Of a stretch of DNA of 64,000 nt, positions 41,233 to 56,290 are shown piece by piece. The DNA comes from the human T2T-CHM13v2.0 reference genome, Homo sapiens, in assembly GCF_009914755.1 (NCBI RefSeq), contig NC_060925.1. One strand, given 5' to 3'. Both the position numbers and the translations under genes were made by a program. Numbering within the stretch: the first letter of the stretch is position 1; every line of letters starts with the position of its first letter. The notes beneath the pieces were generated by a model. That model searched no databases. It was not told the origin of the DNA and saw nothing but the letters and a program-made list of their open reading frames with translations.

Positions 41233-43459
41233 GTAAATCAAAGCAGGTAAACCTCATAAATCTTTTTCATCAGCACTACTGACATCTCTGTGAACCAGAG
41301 AATCAGGAAACAGAGGTTATCTGGGAGTCAATGAGAAAAAGCAGGCAAAGGTAGAAGCTGGAACATCTACAAATAACATAAATATTTAAAAGATGTAAGG
41401 AAAAAAATCACAAAGCTATACCTCCACTAAGATTTTGAGGATCTCATGAGAGATGATATTGGGACACTGGAACATCACTCTGATGCTATCCTCTGAGATC
41501 TATGATGTAGGCTTAAGCTAACCTTAACATGAAGTCATTTGGGTATTCAATTCAAGAAACTTATCTGAAAAGGGTCCAAAGTAGCTCTGCATTATACTGA
41601 ATTCCTGTATGGAACACAGGGCTGTATGAGGGTATTCCACGGTATTTTGGATGCCTAGGAGTGAGTCTCCATATAATAAATTATGTAATATATGTAATTA
41701 ACATGCTATGCAGCAATTATTAAAGTTGGAAAAGAGCCCTTTTATAAGCATTAGTGGAGAAACAGAGGGCAACTTCACAATTGCTTAACAGGCTAACCAT
41801 GATTTATCATCTTTCACTAAAAGTAGTTTTGACATTTGGGAGATATTTTTATGGTCCACACTTCATTCAAATTAGTAATATTCAAATTATAGAGGGCCAC
41901 AGTAACTGCATAAATGTTCTACAATCGATTTTAAAAAACGGTTAAAATTTTTATTGCTTCTGTGTCTTGAAAGCTATTTTAAATTTCCTTTTCTCATTCC
42001 CATCCATCCAGATCATTAAACCAGACCTGACCTCCACCCCAGAAATCCCTCAGAGAAAGAATATTCCATGGAATATATACACACGAACATGTATGTGCAC
42101 ACATACAACACACACAAAATGCACACTACAGCTGCACATACACACACTCCTGTGCATACACACATATGGATATGTTGAGGAGGATGATGAGGTACAAGAG
42201 AAATGATAGTAAGGCAATAATCTTGAGCCAGAGCTCTAAATAACAAAGTAAACCACTTCTAATAGAAAAACCTAATTCATGGCATAAATTTATCACTGCT
42301 GTTGTACAGCACCTTCCAGAGGACACAGAATATTTCAGGGTGACTCACCAGGTAATTATCCAGTGAAATAATTACATAACTATGGAAGAAACGGGGTGTC
42401 CAGTGCAGGGCAGAATTGGGGGAGGCAGGTAATCTGGAGGACAGAGTTTGTATCTACTCACAGCCAGAACATCCTAACTTTAGAACTGTCAAATTCAGTT
42501 CTCTAGCAGGAAGAAAAGTCCATCCCCACCCTGATTTTTGAAGCTATGCCCAAAGTAACCTTTTCCATTCCCACCCTACTCCTCCCGTTCTTCCTCTAGC
42601 TATTTTCCTACTCTGGAGTAGAAAGACCCTGCCTTGAAAGTCCAATACAGCACATGTTTATTCTCCCACGTCTACACAGTGCCTCACAGGAAATGGAATC
42701 AGAGCCTAGACTCTCATTTCAACTAGCATGTGCACCAATCAACTTCCTGTGTATTATCCAAGGAACTACTAATCCTGTCAAGCCCAGCTGAGACCCCACC
42801 AGGCTGGTTTGTGGTTAACTTGCCAATTTAAACTCTAGCTCAATTTTGAAAGCTGAGCTTAGCTGCTAAACATTGCCACATGGTTGAAGAAAGCATGGTG
42901 GATGATTGCAAATAGAAACCACCTTCTCCATGACACCAAGAGGATCCCATCATATTACCTGAGTAAATGCCTGAAATATCTGTTCTGTTTATATCTCAGG
43001 CACCAAAAGTAAGCCAGACTCATTTAATCCTCATGATACCTCCTCTGGGTGAGGTATGAATCCCATTTTATTGCTCCAGTTTTCTTAAGAAAACTAGAAC
43101 ACACAGCTCTGGTGCCATGAGTTCTGCAATAAGTTTACTGCAATGATGAGAAAAGAAGACAGAAGAGCCAGTCCTCAGACACAAGAACCACATCCCTGAA
43201 CCACTTACAAAAAATGCACTACGATGAAACCAAGTAGGGAAAGCCACACTAAAATGTCATTTTTATGTGAGCAGCTTCCTCATTTATTTGGTTTGGTGTA
43301 CTGCATTTTAACACAGGAAACATACATTTAAGCATATACTAAAAAATCGGCTAGTTTCTTCAGTGGCAGATTGGTGTGTGGATACTACAGCGTCAAAATG
43401 TCCATCTTTTGGTATTATGGAAAGATTCTAGAGAATAAGGGCCCTTAAAAGTAGTTTTG

Positions 43460-43550
43460 AGGGCAGGGGACATTATGGGAACTCTCCGTACCTTTTGCTC
43501 AATCTTGCTGTGAAACTAAAACTGCTCTAAAGAAATAAAATCTATTAAAA
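43460..43550 (+). mobile_element. L1MC-like 3' terminal fragment
   Basis: ATGGGAACTCTCCGTACC...GCTCAAT..TGCTGTGAAACTAAAACTGCTCTAAAGAAATAAAATCTATT. Confidence 0.8.
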
Positions 43551-45184
43551 AGTAGTTTGGGGTGGTTTTTATTTGTTTGTTCATTTATTTGTAAAGAGAT
43601 GGTATAATCCCCCACCTTAGCTATTAAAAGGGAAATATTTTTTGAGGGTTTTGTTTTTCCAGTTTTGTGACAATGGCACAGACTAATGCTATTTGTAAGA
43701 GGTTTAGATGCAGTCTTGGCAATTACCAAGGATTAAAGCCATGATCTTATCTCAAGCATTTTGAAGAGTTACTCATCCAGAAGCAAAAGTTTAAAATATC
43801 TTGCATTAAGTTGTAATAGGTTGCCTATCTTACCCAATATTTCAGCTGTAAATTAAGAAATGGTGTGCTTCCACATAAAATATATGAATTACATATTATA
43901 CAAGCACGAACAGTTTCACTGAGGCATGGAAAATACTTCAAAAGATGACTATAAGCAGACTCTGAAATAGCACTTCATGCAATTACATTCCAATGGCTTT
44001 GGAAAATAAGCCACTGTACATCAGTTGGATAACGGTAGAAAAGAACTTGTGTGTAATCAACCTCTACTCTGGGTAGGTCTGAGATTTCTATAACTGACAC
44101 ATCTATAATTAACAACTGCACCCTCTTCATTTTCCTAGCCAATCTCTTTATAAAAGTACATGAAAAGAAAATGCAGAGTAACACAGACCCAAGAAGCAAG
44201 TCCCATAGCCAAGAAAAACCACTCTTCTGAGACTGTACGACTCACCTAGAATACACAGAAAGATGAAGACGTACAAGTTAAGACTGGCGAATAGTTCACC
44301 CACAATCTCTATACCTAGAAAATGGAGATGCCGGTGCCATTACATTCTAGGATTGACATTAAGCTAATAATGTTTCACACTGTCATTTTTACAAAGACAA
44401 AAAGCAACACAAAACTTAAAGATGAGAAATCTCCCCCAGCAGTCTACTCTTCAGTCGATTCTTAATCAGCATTGATTATTTTAATCCTTTGCAAATACAC
44501 ATATATACTGACGTGATTAAACAAGCTATAAAATACAGCAGAATTCCACTATTATCTGCCAGGGCATGAGGTGTTGCATTTAATTGAGTACCCCCCAAAT
44601 CCCACATAAATTATTAATTGCCAAAAGATTAGCATGAAATCAAACCACAGAAATATTCTTCATGTAAGTTAACTTTTATGTGATAATAGGAAATGCATGT
44701 TAAGTTTCTTATCTTTATAATCTCTAGTCATTATGAAAATAGCAAAATGTGGAAAATTTCTACTGTAGTGATAGCTTTGGGTAAAACAGCTTTTAGTAAA
44801 GATCAAAATATAAATTTGCAAAAGAAAAAGGGGATAAATTAGAGGATAAGGACTTACTCTTTGAAATGATTATAGTTTGGTTTTTAAAAGCTTTTTTACA
44901 CTCTTTTAAAAACCAAGGCTCTTAGGCTTAGCCTTAGGAGAGAGCCGAGAGTTATGAAAGTCACCATTCTCCAGAGCGCTGGATTTCCTCACAGCAGTTC
45001 TCTGCCTCAAATAGGGTTTACCAATGAACTGAAGGGTATCTCAGGTGCCTTTGTTATATCATTTATCCTTCTTCCACTTGTTAAGTTAAAAGTAGAGCCA
45101 AGGTTATTCTAGCATATTTTTACATTTTATTAGGATGCTTATACTCACTATTACCATTAAATGCCCCCTTTGCGTTTCTTAGAA

Positions 45185-45483
45185 TAGCACTGTTCAGCAG
45201 AAATCAAATGTGAGTTACATATTTAATTTTAAATCTTCTAGAAGCCACATTGATTTAAAAGTACCAAAAGTGAAATTACTTTTAATAAATATTATTTAAA
45301 ACACGTTCAAAATATCATTGCAACCTGTACTCAAACATACATATAATTAATGAGTATTTTAGTTTTCTCATACTATGTCTTCAAAATCTGATGTGTTTTT
45401 ACACTTACCACACATTTCAGTTCAAAATAGCCACATTTCACGTGTTCCATAACCACATGTGGCTACCATATTGGACAGCACAA
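45185..45483. mobile_element. MER33-like hAT-Charlie MITE
   Basis: TIR-like ends GCACTGTTCA / ATTGGACAGCAC. Internal TAGCCACATTTCA.GTG.TC.ATA.CCACATGTGGCTA. Confidence 0.82.
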
Positions 45484-45500
45484 CCTTAAATTAATCCTAG

Positions 45501-45891
<391 letters not shown>

Positions 45892-46019
45892 CCAGTTTCT
45901 AATAATTAAAGTCATCTAAAAATGGAACAAGCAGACTTACAAAAGGGTGACAGCCCAGTCTCTGGAAGTGTCATGGCAGAGGCTGGATGGCTTGGGTGGT
46001 GTTTTGCAAAGAAGGCAGC

Positions 46020-46255
46020 CACATCGAGTGCTTCCTATGCCAGGCACTGTGAGACTGTGGCAACTATGAAAAACTAACTCTCTGAATCCTCCCAACAATT
46101 TGTAGAGGTGGCTACTATTACCATCTCCATTTTACAGATAAGAAAACTGAGGCACAGGGTACTTCTATTTAAGGTTACATAGCTAGTAAATGGCAGAACC
46201 AGGATTCAAACTCAGGCAGTTTGGTCCAAGCTGACATTCCTAGCCACTAAACTCT
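46020..46255 (-). mobile_element. MIR
   Basis: CCATTTTACAGATAAGAAAACTGAGGCACAG...AGCTAGTAAATGGCAGAACCAGGATTCAAACTCAGGCAGT. Confidence 0.88.
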
Positions 46256-46583
46256 GCTGTGTTTTCATGTACTTCTTTTTTAAACCGTGAGAATTAGTCA
46301 TAAGGCACCATTGTTTTAGCTCTTTTTCCCTTAACCTAGGCTAGTTATTTTCAAACTGAGATAGGGCTCCAGATATCCTATCTCCTCTGTAAAAGGCCCA
46401 GCTCCATTTACACATCCATGCTCCACCAAAGATTTGCAGAAAAGGGTTAAACCCACTGATGCAGACATATTATAATGACATTATTGGAATTCTGATTTTC
46501 TGAGCTTCCTATATCTCTGGAATTGTCTTTGTTAATAGAGCTCCCAAGCAGCAACTTATCCCTGATTTTTCCCTCATCTTTAA

Positions 46584-47311
<728 letters not shown>

Positions 47312-47936
47312 GATCCCCACTCTTTTCTACTACTGAGTGCTACTGAGTTCTTTACCTAACATGCAAGGTAACTATGTCATGCTCCTCCTTGGAGTCCTCT
47401 GATGACCTTACACTTCACAGCAATGTTTTATTCCCCACATAGTTCAAAAGAGTATTTTCTGGAAGGCTAAGATAACTGTGAAACACTTACTGGAACACCG
47501 TTTTCTTTCTTTTACTACAGAATTGAGGAAAGAATGTTTCCCAAAGCATTTTACCATACTCCCTGCTCCCCCACTACAAGTCTCTGGGAACTGGAACAGT
47601 GGCGTCAGCTGCCAGGGTTTGAACCGGCCTCACAACTTACCAGCCCAGTGACTGTGGGCAGGTCACCCTATGCTGCAGCCTCCCCATCTGTAACATAGGA
47701 ACAGCAAGAGTAGGGACACATCAGACTTGTTATGAGAACTACATGAGCTGATATATGGAAACTGCTCAGCAGAGTATATACAATCAAAAGGTGGTAATTA
47801 TCCTTTGTAACTTATTTTAGAAATACTATCCTATAGATCTAGTTAAAACTCCCTAGGCAGACACAGCAAACCCTTCAAAAGCAGACTCCATCCTGCCCCT
47901 TCCTCCTTTACCCTCCTTCCCTTCCATGACCCTTTC

Positions 47937-48069
47937 ATACACACACATACACAACACACACACACACACATCAGTGCAAACAAACTGAACTCTGCCTTTC
48001 CCTGAAAATTCCCCTCCACACACACACAGATCAATGCAAGCCAAACTCTGCCTTTCCCTGAAAATTCCA

Positions 48070-48100
<31 letters not shown>

Positions 48101-48220
48101 TCAGTGCAAACTGAACTCTGCCTTTCCCTGAAAATTCTAACACACACACACACATACACACACACACATACACACACACACATCAGTGCAAACTGAATTC
48201 CGCCTTTCCCTGAAAATTCC
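47937..48220. repeat. Compound minisatellite: 4 copies of a ~38-nt unit separated by (CA)n tracts
   Basis: Invariant 18-mer GCCTTTCCCTGAAAATTC in all 4 units. Periods 56, 70 and 82 nt. Confidence 0.95.
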
Positions 48221-48414
48221 ATGTTCTTTCCTGTTTCTGTACCGCAGCACAAGCAGTTCCCCTTGCTTTGTTTCTTGTTTGTCCTGTTCTCTAAACTCTA
48301 GGAGCAAAGACCCTATCTGGTTTCTGGGAGCAGGGACCCTAGCACATTCAGCTTTCCCAGAGCATGACTGTGTGCTGACAATAGGAACCAGGCCTGGATC
48401 CTTCTGAAAGCCAT

Positions 48415-48680
48415 GTTAAATAGCAGCATATCATATTTGTCCAAACCTACAGAATGTACAACACCAAAAGTAAGCCCTAATGTAAACTCCGGACTCTGCA
48501 TGATAATGATGTGTCAATGTAGGTTCAATAATCATAACAAATGTACCACTCAGGGGGTGATGTTGACAGTGGGGGAGGGTGTACATGCACGGGGCCAGGG
48601 GTATATGGAAATTCTCTGTACCTTCCTCTCAATTTTACTGTGAATCTAAAATTGCTCTAAGAAATCAAAGTCTTAAAAGT
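48415..48680 (+). mobile_element. L1MC-like 3' fragment
   Basis: ACAGAATGTACAACACCAA...CCCTAATGTAAACT..GGACT...GATAATGATGTGTCAATGTAGGTTCA. Confidence 0.88.
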
Positions 48681-48896
48681 AAAAATAAAGTCTATTAAAA
48701 ATTATCTAATAAAATTTAGTGGCAAAACAATTAATGTAAATAAAAAATTTAATAAAAAAATTTTAATCCACCATACATCCTTTCCTAATATAAAGCTATT
48801 ACAAAATTTATGATATACCTAAACTACTTCTAATGGCAAAGCCAAATATCCACCATAATCTAGTTTCCAAGACTTCATAAAGGCTAAACATATTAC

Positions 48897-49365
48897 CCTG
48901 AGCACAGTGTCTCACATCTATAATCCCAGCACTTTGGGAGGCTGAGGCGGGAGGATCACTCGAGCCCAGGAGTTTGAGACCAGCCTGGGCAATACAGTGA
49001 GATCCCATCCGTACAAAAAATTTAAAAATTTGCTGGGCATGTTGGCATGTGCCTGTAGTCTCAGCTACTTGGGAGGCTGAGGTGGGATCACTTGAGCTCA
49101 GGAGGTTGAGGCTGTAGTGAGTCATGATCGTACCAGTGCACTCCAGTCTGGGCAATAGAGCAATATCCTGTCTCAACTGGAAAAAAAAAAAAAGATTAAA
49201 TATATTTTGGCTGGGTGTGTGGCTCACACCTGTAATCCCAGCACTTTGGGAGACCAAGGCAGGAAGATCACGTGAGCCAGGAGGTGGAGGCTGAATGAGC
49301 CATGATCATGCCACTGCACTCCATCTTGTGCAATAGAGTTAGGCCCCAACACCCCTCCCAAAAAA
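48897..49365 (+). mobile_element. AluJ-like (48897-49192) followed by an Alu monomer (FRAM-like, 49209-49365)
   Basis: Dimeric Alu with poly(A), then a single-arm element. Confidence 0.88.
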
Positions 49366-50459
49366 GACTAAACTTTTTGTTATATCTTAGATTGGTTGTC
49401 ACCTTCTCCTCTAAAGCAGCATCGGCTCTATTTGAAAAATGACCCAAATACAAATTCAAGGTATGAGGAGCAGACCTTGAGTTCACCTCCTCTTACTTCT
49501 GCTTTTGGATAGAGGATGCATTCTTCTTTAAGGTGTGTGTGTGCAAAAGAAGAACAAAGTATCAGATTACTCTATCTGATCCTTTAATTCAGGAGTATCT
49601 AGAGGACTGATTCCCAAAAGGGCACAACTTCAATGTTATCTGTCATGGAAGGAAAGCATAAAATTCAAAAAGAAAGTGATTTGGTCGAATGCGGATGCAC
49701 CCATTAGGACGTGTCAAAATAAAGTCAGTATTAAACACAAACCCCACCTCAGCAATGGAATGTCAATCACACTACGGCACACACTTGGCAATGCACTGCT
49801 TTATTCTTTGTGATAAGGTAGTTGTGGGATGATCCAGGGTTGACTTTTGCCTTCTCACTGAGAAAACCAATAGTCTGTTGAAAGCCATTATTACCATACA
49901 CATCTCCACACACCTCCCACCATTTGTTATAAACTCTAGCTTGACCTGGTGATTCAGAGGGATGCCTTCTCAGCCCCCAAAATGTTGGCTGCTCTTTCAC
50001 ATCCTTGGATCTTTGATAATCCAGTCCCCCACACTAAAGATGACATGGCCTTCTTTTCTACCTGCTGGACTGATACATGTCCTTCAAGTTTTGGTTCAGA
50101 GTGAAGGCTATGTTCATCTTCCATCAACTCTTTCACTCTCACCAGCAAGACTGCAGTGTTCAGTGGGCTGGATTGCACACTGCACAACACTAAGGACAGC
50201 CATCGCCTTTTGGGCCTACCCCTGCATTCTATTTTAGCTTGGACCACATTTGATATTAACTGTTTATTTAAAGGCTGGACTCCCCTATTGTTCTGTGCAT
50301 GTCTTGAAGGTAAAATTGTACCTTATTTATCTTCATTTCACCAAGTTCTAAAAAAGTGCCTGGCACAAGATGGTTGTTCAATATTTTCTTTAACAAAAAA
50401 TGGGTTTTTTTTAAGTTGTTTATTAAGACTCTCAAATTTGAACAATTATAAATTATTAA

Positions 50460-50670
50460 ACACAGCACTATACATTTTCCATACAGGAACTCTTTTAATA
50501 TTTACAACAGCCCTGTGAAGTAAGCATTATTATTGCCATTTTATAGGTAGGAAACTTACGCCTCAAAAGACTCAGTAACTTTTCCATTGTCACCCAGCTA
50601 ATAAATGACAGAAGAGTAAGCTGAACCCAAGACCAAGAGTCCAGTGCCTATACTTGTAACCACATGCTAC
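50460..50670 (-). mobile_element. MIR
   Basis: ACAACAGCCCTGTGAAGTAAGCATTATTATTGCCATTTTATAG...GTCACCCAGCTAATAAATGACAGA. Confidence 0.75.
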
Positions 50671-52173
50671 ACTGTCCCCCGATGCATATGAGGAATAATT
50701 AGTTGCTCTAATTTGAGTGACTGGAAGTACTTAAAAGTAAAAATACTAGTTTTCTATAAGAACTTAGACAAGTCTCTTCCCCAATCAGTATTTGTTTTTC
50801 CTTTATGCCCATGCATACATGCAAATGTGTGTTTAAATGTGTGTATCCTAATGTGATACCAACGAGAAAAAGAGAGCCAGCTACCCATCAACAAGATGAG
50901 AACATTTCACATATTTATTCTACTGTGGCAGTTACCAAGCTACTAATACATATATCCATTGTCCAAGACAGTCTCCTGCACAGAAAAATATACCTAAAAG
51001 GAATACCTGATCACTGAAACCAAAGTATAAACACCAAGAACAGCAGGAGACAGATGCATTTCAGGTGAAACAGTTTCCCTGAGAAAAACAGCCAGCCTGT
51101 GGAAGACGTCTTTAGAAGGGACTTTCAGAGCAGGAAAGGGGAGAGGAAGACCCTCCTGGGCCCCCATTCCTTTGTAAGCAGGTGGAGAGAGGCCACATGC
51201 AATCACTTCCAACAGTGATTGCCACCCCTCTTCTGTCATCGAGGTCCTGGGCAATGCTGTCACTTGGACTCTCCAAGAGCCCAGGGACCTAGGACAATTA
51301 CCCACAGCTTTTCCTTGCCCTCAGGAATGTCTCAGCCTCAGGGGCTTGCAGTCATTCAGTATTGGCAACCACTCAACCATACCACCTTCCCCACTGCTCA
51401 ATATGTCAGACAGCTCTCAAGACACAGATGCTGAAGTGTGGATTGCTCACAAAAGTCTCTTGTCCTAAACGTCTGTATGACTGAAAAAAGAAGGGCTTGG
51501 CTGTCAAAAACAACATACTGCTCTGAAAGTCCCTTCTAAAGAGTGATAGCATGACTTTCTAAGTGGTCAGCCCTGCTTTTGCTTAAAAGCCATCTCACAG
51601 ACGGCGTGAAGGCAACGAGGGCTGTGAGGAATCTTAAAAAGAAGAAAACCTCTGTTTTACAGGCTCCCACAAAAAGCCTCACTGGTCATGCTCACTCTAA
51701 ATGCTTTTTCTCTTTATTCGGTGGGGTTTTTTTTTTTTTAGAGGAAAATATAGAAACAACCAAAAAAAAAAAAAAAGGCAGCTGCATGCATCCGTATGTG
51801 GGCGTTTTTTCTCCTTAATGTGCAGCCAGAATGCCAAAATACCAGCTACCCACTCAATTGTTTTAAAGAGAGAAGATGACTTTGGTGGGGAGAGTCTCTC
51901 ATTTTCAACTCCCCCAAAACCTCTTCCCCAGCTGAAATAAAAGGAAACCTGCCACGCCATGCAGCTCTAGGCGGTGTTCAAGTCTCCCCATCCAATGATG
52001 GATAAGATCACAGCCGTGCTAAGAATAACAGGATTCTTATAAACACATCGTCGCTTAGGCCAAAAAACACAACAGATGCCAAAAAACAGATGGCTGGTCC
52101 CTTCGGTGAGTTCTCCTTCACATACCCAACACGCATGCACGCGCACATGCGCACACAGACACACCCCTCTTAC

Positions 52174-52347
52174 CTCTCGCAGCTCCAGCCTCTGGGCCAC
52201 AGCCTCCAGGCATTCTTGCCCTGTGCTTTCCACCGACAGCGTGCACTCGATAACATTGCTGTCCAGCAGGCGAATCCGTGTGACAAAGCAGTTCTTGCTC
52301 AGGACGTTGTAGCGCCGTGTCCGGCGGAGCTTCAGACCAAAAGGCAT
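52174..52347 (-). CDS. PTPN14: PTPN14 first coding exon (exon 2) CDS part, codons 1-58, [58 protein letters not shown]
   Basis: Translation matches the recognised N-terminus of PTPN14 and the FERM F1 lobe. ATG at 52347-52345 in GCCATGC context. 174 nt ending at phase-0 donor GAG|GTAAGA (GT = 52173-52172). Confidence 0.98.
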
Positions 52348-52501
52348 GGCTATGTGGTCCTCGGACGCCGCCCGCCTATCCTGGCGCACACGCCCCTGAG
52401 ATGGCCTTAGCAGTTTCGTGACTGGAAAATTACACTATCACCTGTGCTCCTCCAGGCAGGGAAAAGGGTGTCCATGCCCAGTGTGGCCCTCTGGAAGATA
52501 G
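52348..52501 (-). other. PTPN14: PTPN14 exon 2 5'UTR portion (154 nt)
   Basis: Acceptor TTTCTTTTGCATTTACAG|CTATC with AG at 52503-52502 and a polypyrimidine tract. Total exon is 328 nt. Confidence 0.9.
52407..52475 (-). promoter_or_regulatory. Upstream ORF in the PTPN14 5'UTR, 22 aa [22 protein letters not shown]
   Basis: GGCATGG context (G at -3 and +4) inside exon 2. TAA ends at 52407, 59 nt before the main ATG. Confidence 0.7.
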
Positions 52502-52704
52502 CTGTAAATGCAAAAGAAATGCCATGGTCATGCTCCAGAAGGGACCTATCAATGGTACCATATTCCACACACACAGAAGCCCCCCCCCCCCCGCCAAACA
52601 GATCAACACTCAGGTTTGATAAGCTGCAAGTTCTGGAGTTCCTAAGTGTCTTGGCAGAGCCCATGCCCTATGCCTTATCTTACAAGGGTGATACGATAAA
52701 AGCT

Positions 52705-53183
<479 letters not shown>

Positions 53184-53487
53184 AGCCCACTAGGAGTGGA
53201 ACTTGAACACTGGTGTTTTGTTTTTTAAATTTCTAAATATATTGTCTCATTCCAACTTCATGAACAACCCTATGGTGTCTATTTTACAGATGAAAAAAGT
53301 AAGGTTTAATGACTTAAGTGCCTCACTGAATTTAAAATTTGATCTTGTTCCTCCTCACTCTTTGTAACACTGCCTCTTTACTCTTATTAACATTATTTAC
53401 TTTTATTTTCATGTCTTATGTTTTATTATTTACTTAGAATGAATGATAAAGTGGTGGCAATATGCATTTAATATAATCAGTTACTTC

Positions 53488-53804
<317 letters not shown>

Positions 53805-55299
53805 AGTTACTTCCTTTTTTTTTTTCTTTAATGGAAAGATATGAATTATTCAAAGCACTTAAAAATCACAACTCTTTGTCCTTTTTTTAACAAATATTTA
53901 GACAGATGTGGGGAACCACCCTACCATCATCTTGTTCCTTTACAAAATCTTGATGCAAAAGTCCTGTAACCAAATCACAGATAATTTAATTTACTATTAT
54001 AGTAACAAGACTTACTGACACCCTGATGTCCCACCAAATGAAAATGATGACATTATTGCCATGGACAACACAAGAATAAAATAACAACAAAAGTGGCCTT
54101 ATTGCTCCACCCTGAGCCAGCAATCTTGCTGGGAGGCTCATTAAACTTGTCTTTCAAAGAAGCCAGAAATGTCCAGAAAACTTTTCTGTCCAAATGTTCT
54201 GTTCTCCATTAAGCCCAACAGACTATCTCTTGCTCATCTGATTGTTTTGTTAACTTGATTCCCTAACTCAGGCAGATCCACTAGGATTTACACTCTTCAT
54301 CCATCTGCCGACACAGGATTACCCCCTGAGCCCCAAGACACTTGGATGTACAAATAGGAATAGCTACTACTTGTAGGAATTCTTAAAGTAATAAATAAAA
54401 TAGCTTCAATATTTATAAACCACTCCCTGCCAGTACTCATGCCTCATGGAGGTTGTCAGGTTATAACCCTGCAACATAGCAAAACACACTCCTCAGCCTC
54501 CCACAGCAGGTCTTTGATACTTGCCGTGGGCACATTCCTTAACATGACAGGTATATGTTTTATGACGGCTTAAAATACATATGCTAGAAACTCTGGCTTG
54601 GTAAAATATATTAACATTTCTAAATCACTTTATGTTGGCAGAGTATCATGTTTACCTCTAAGGTAAGCCAATCTGATTTCTTGATAGGTACAGAAAAGAA
54701 TATGAAATGACCCACCCACCCCCAACCCAAAGAAAAACAGTGGGGGGAAGCCAAAATTCAAATAGACAGCCCTTAGATGTTTACTACTCATGAATTCCCC
54801 TCAACTTATTAAAGCACAGAACACAAGAGGCCAAGATTCAATTCCTGCATTAACCAGAGAGCCTCAAACAGAGAAAAATATTTGCTCTGTGGGCACAAGC
54901 CACATTTCTAACCCTGAGCCAGGCACTTTACATTTGGGTGTGTCTCACTGTAAACACCTAGGAAAGAATGTGGCTGGCTTGGTACGCATTTATCCCAGCA
55001 AAAACAATCTCTACTACATATTCTATGGGATATCATTTGCAATGCATAACTAGTGAAATAAAAAGTAAACTTTAAACAACATGTATAGATGATTGGAATT
55101 TTTATGATATACAAAAACACAAAGAGGAAAGAATGTAAGTTTGGCAAAATTATTATCTCAGAGCTACTTGATATTAAATAGAATTCTAACCTTAGATATT
55201 TCTACATTGTTCTAGCATCTTACAGCTGCCTTATATTATTTTTGTAAATAAAGATTATTTTAAAGTACATTATCTACTGAAAATGGTGTATCAGGAGCG

Positions 55300-56290
<991 letters not shown>

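Noticed and set aside
47937-48220. Repeat-spacer pattern resembling a CRISPR array
   Set aside because: Spacers are (CA)n of variable length rather than unique sequences, there are no cas genes, and the context is a primate intron. It is a minisatellite.
51967-52389. 140-aa ORF as a standalone gene
   Set aside because: It is PTPN14 exon 2 read from an upstream GTG and through the GTAAGA donor into the intron. Only 52174-52347 is supported as coding.
52130-52420. CpG-rich zone as a promoter CpG island
   Set aside because: It coincides with exon 2, which has a clear upstream splice acceptor. It is short, and the gene's first exon appears to lie beyond the window.
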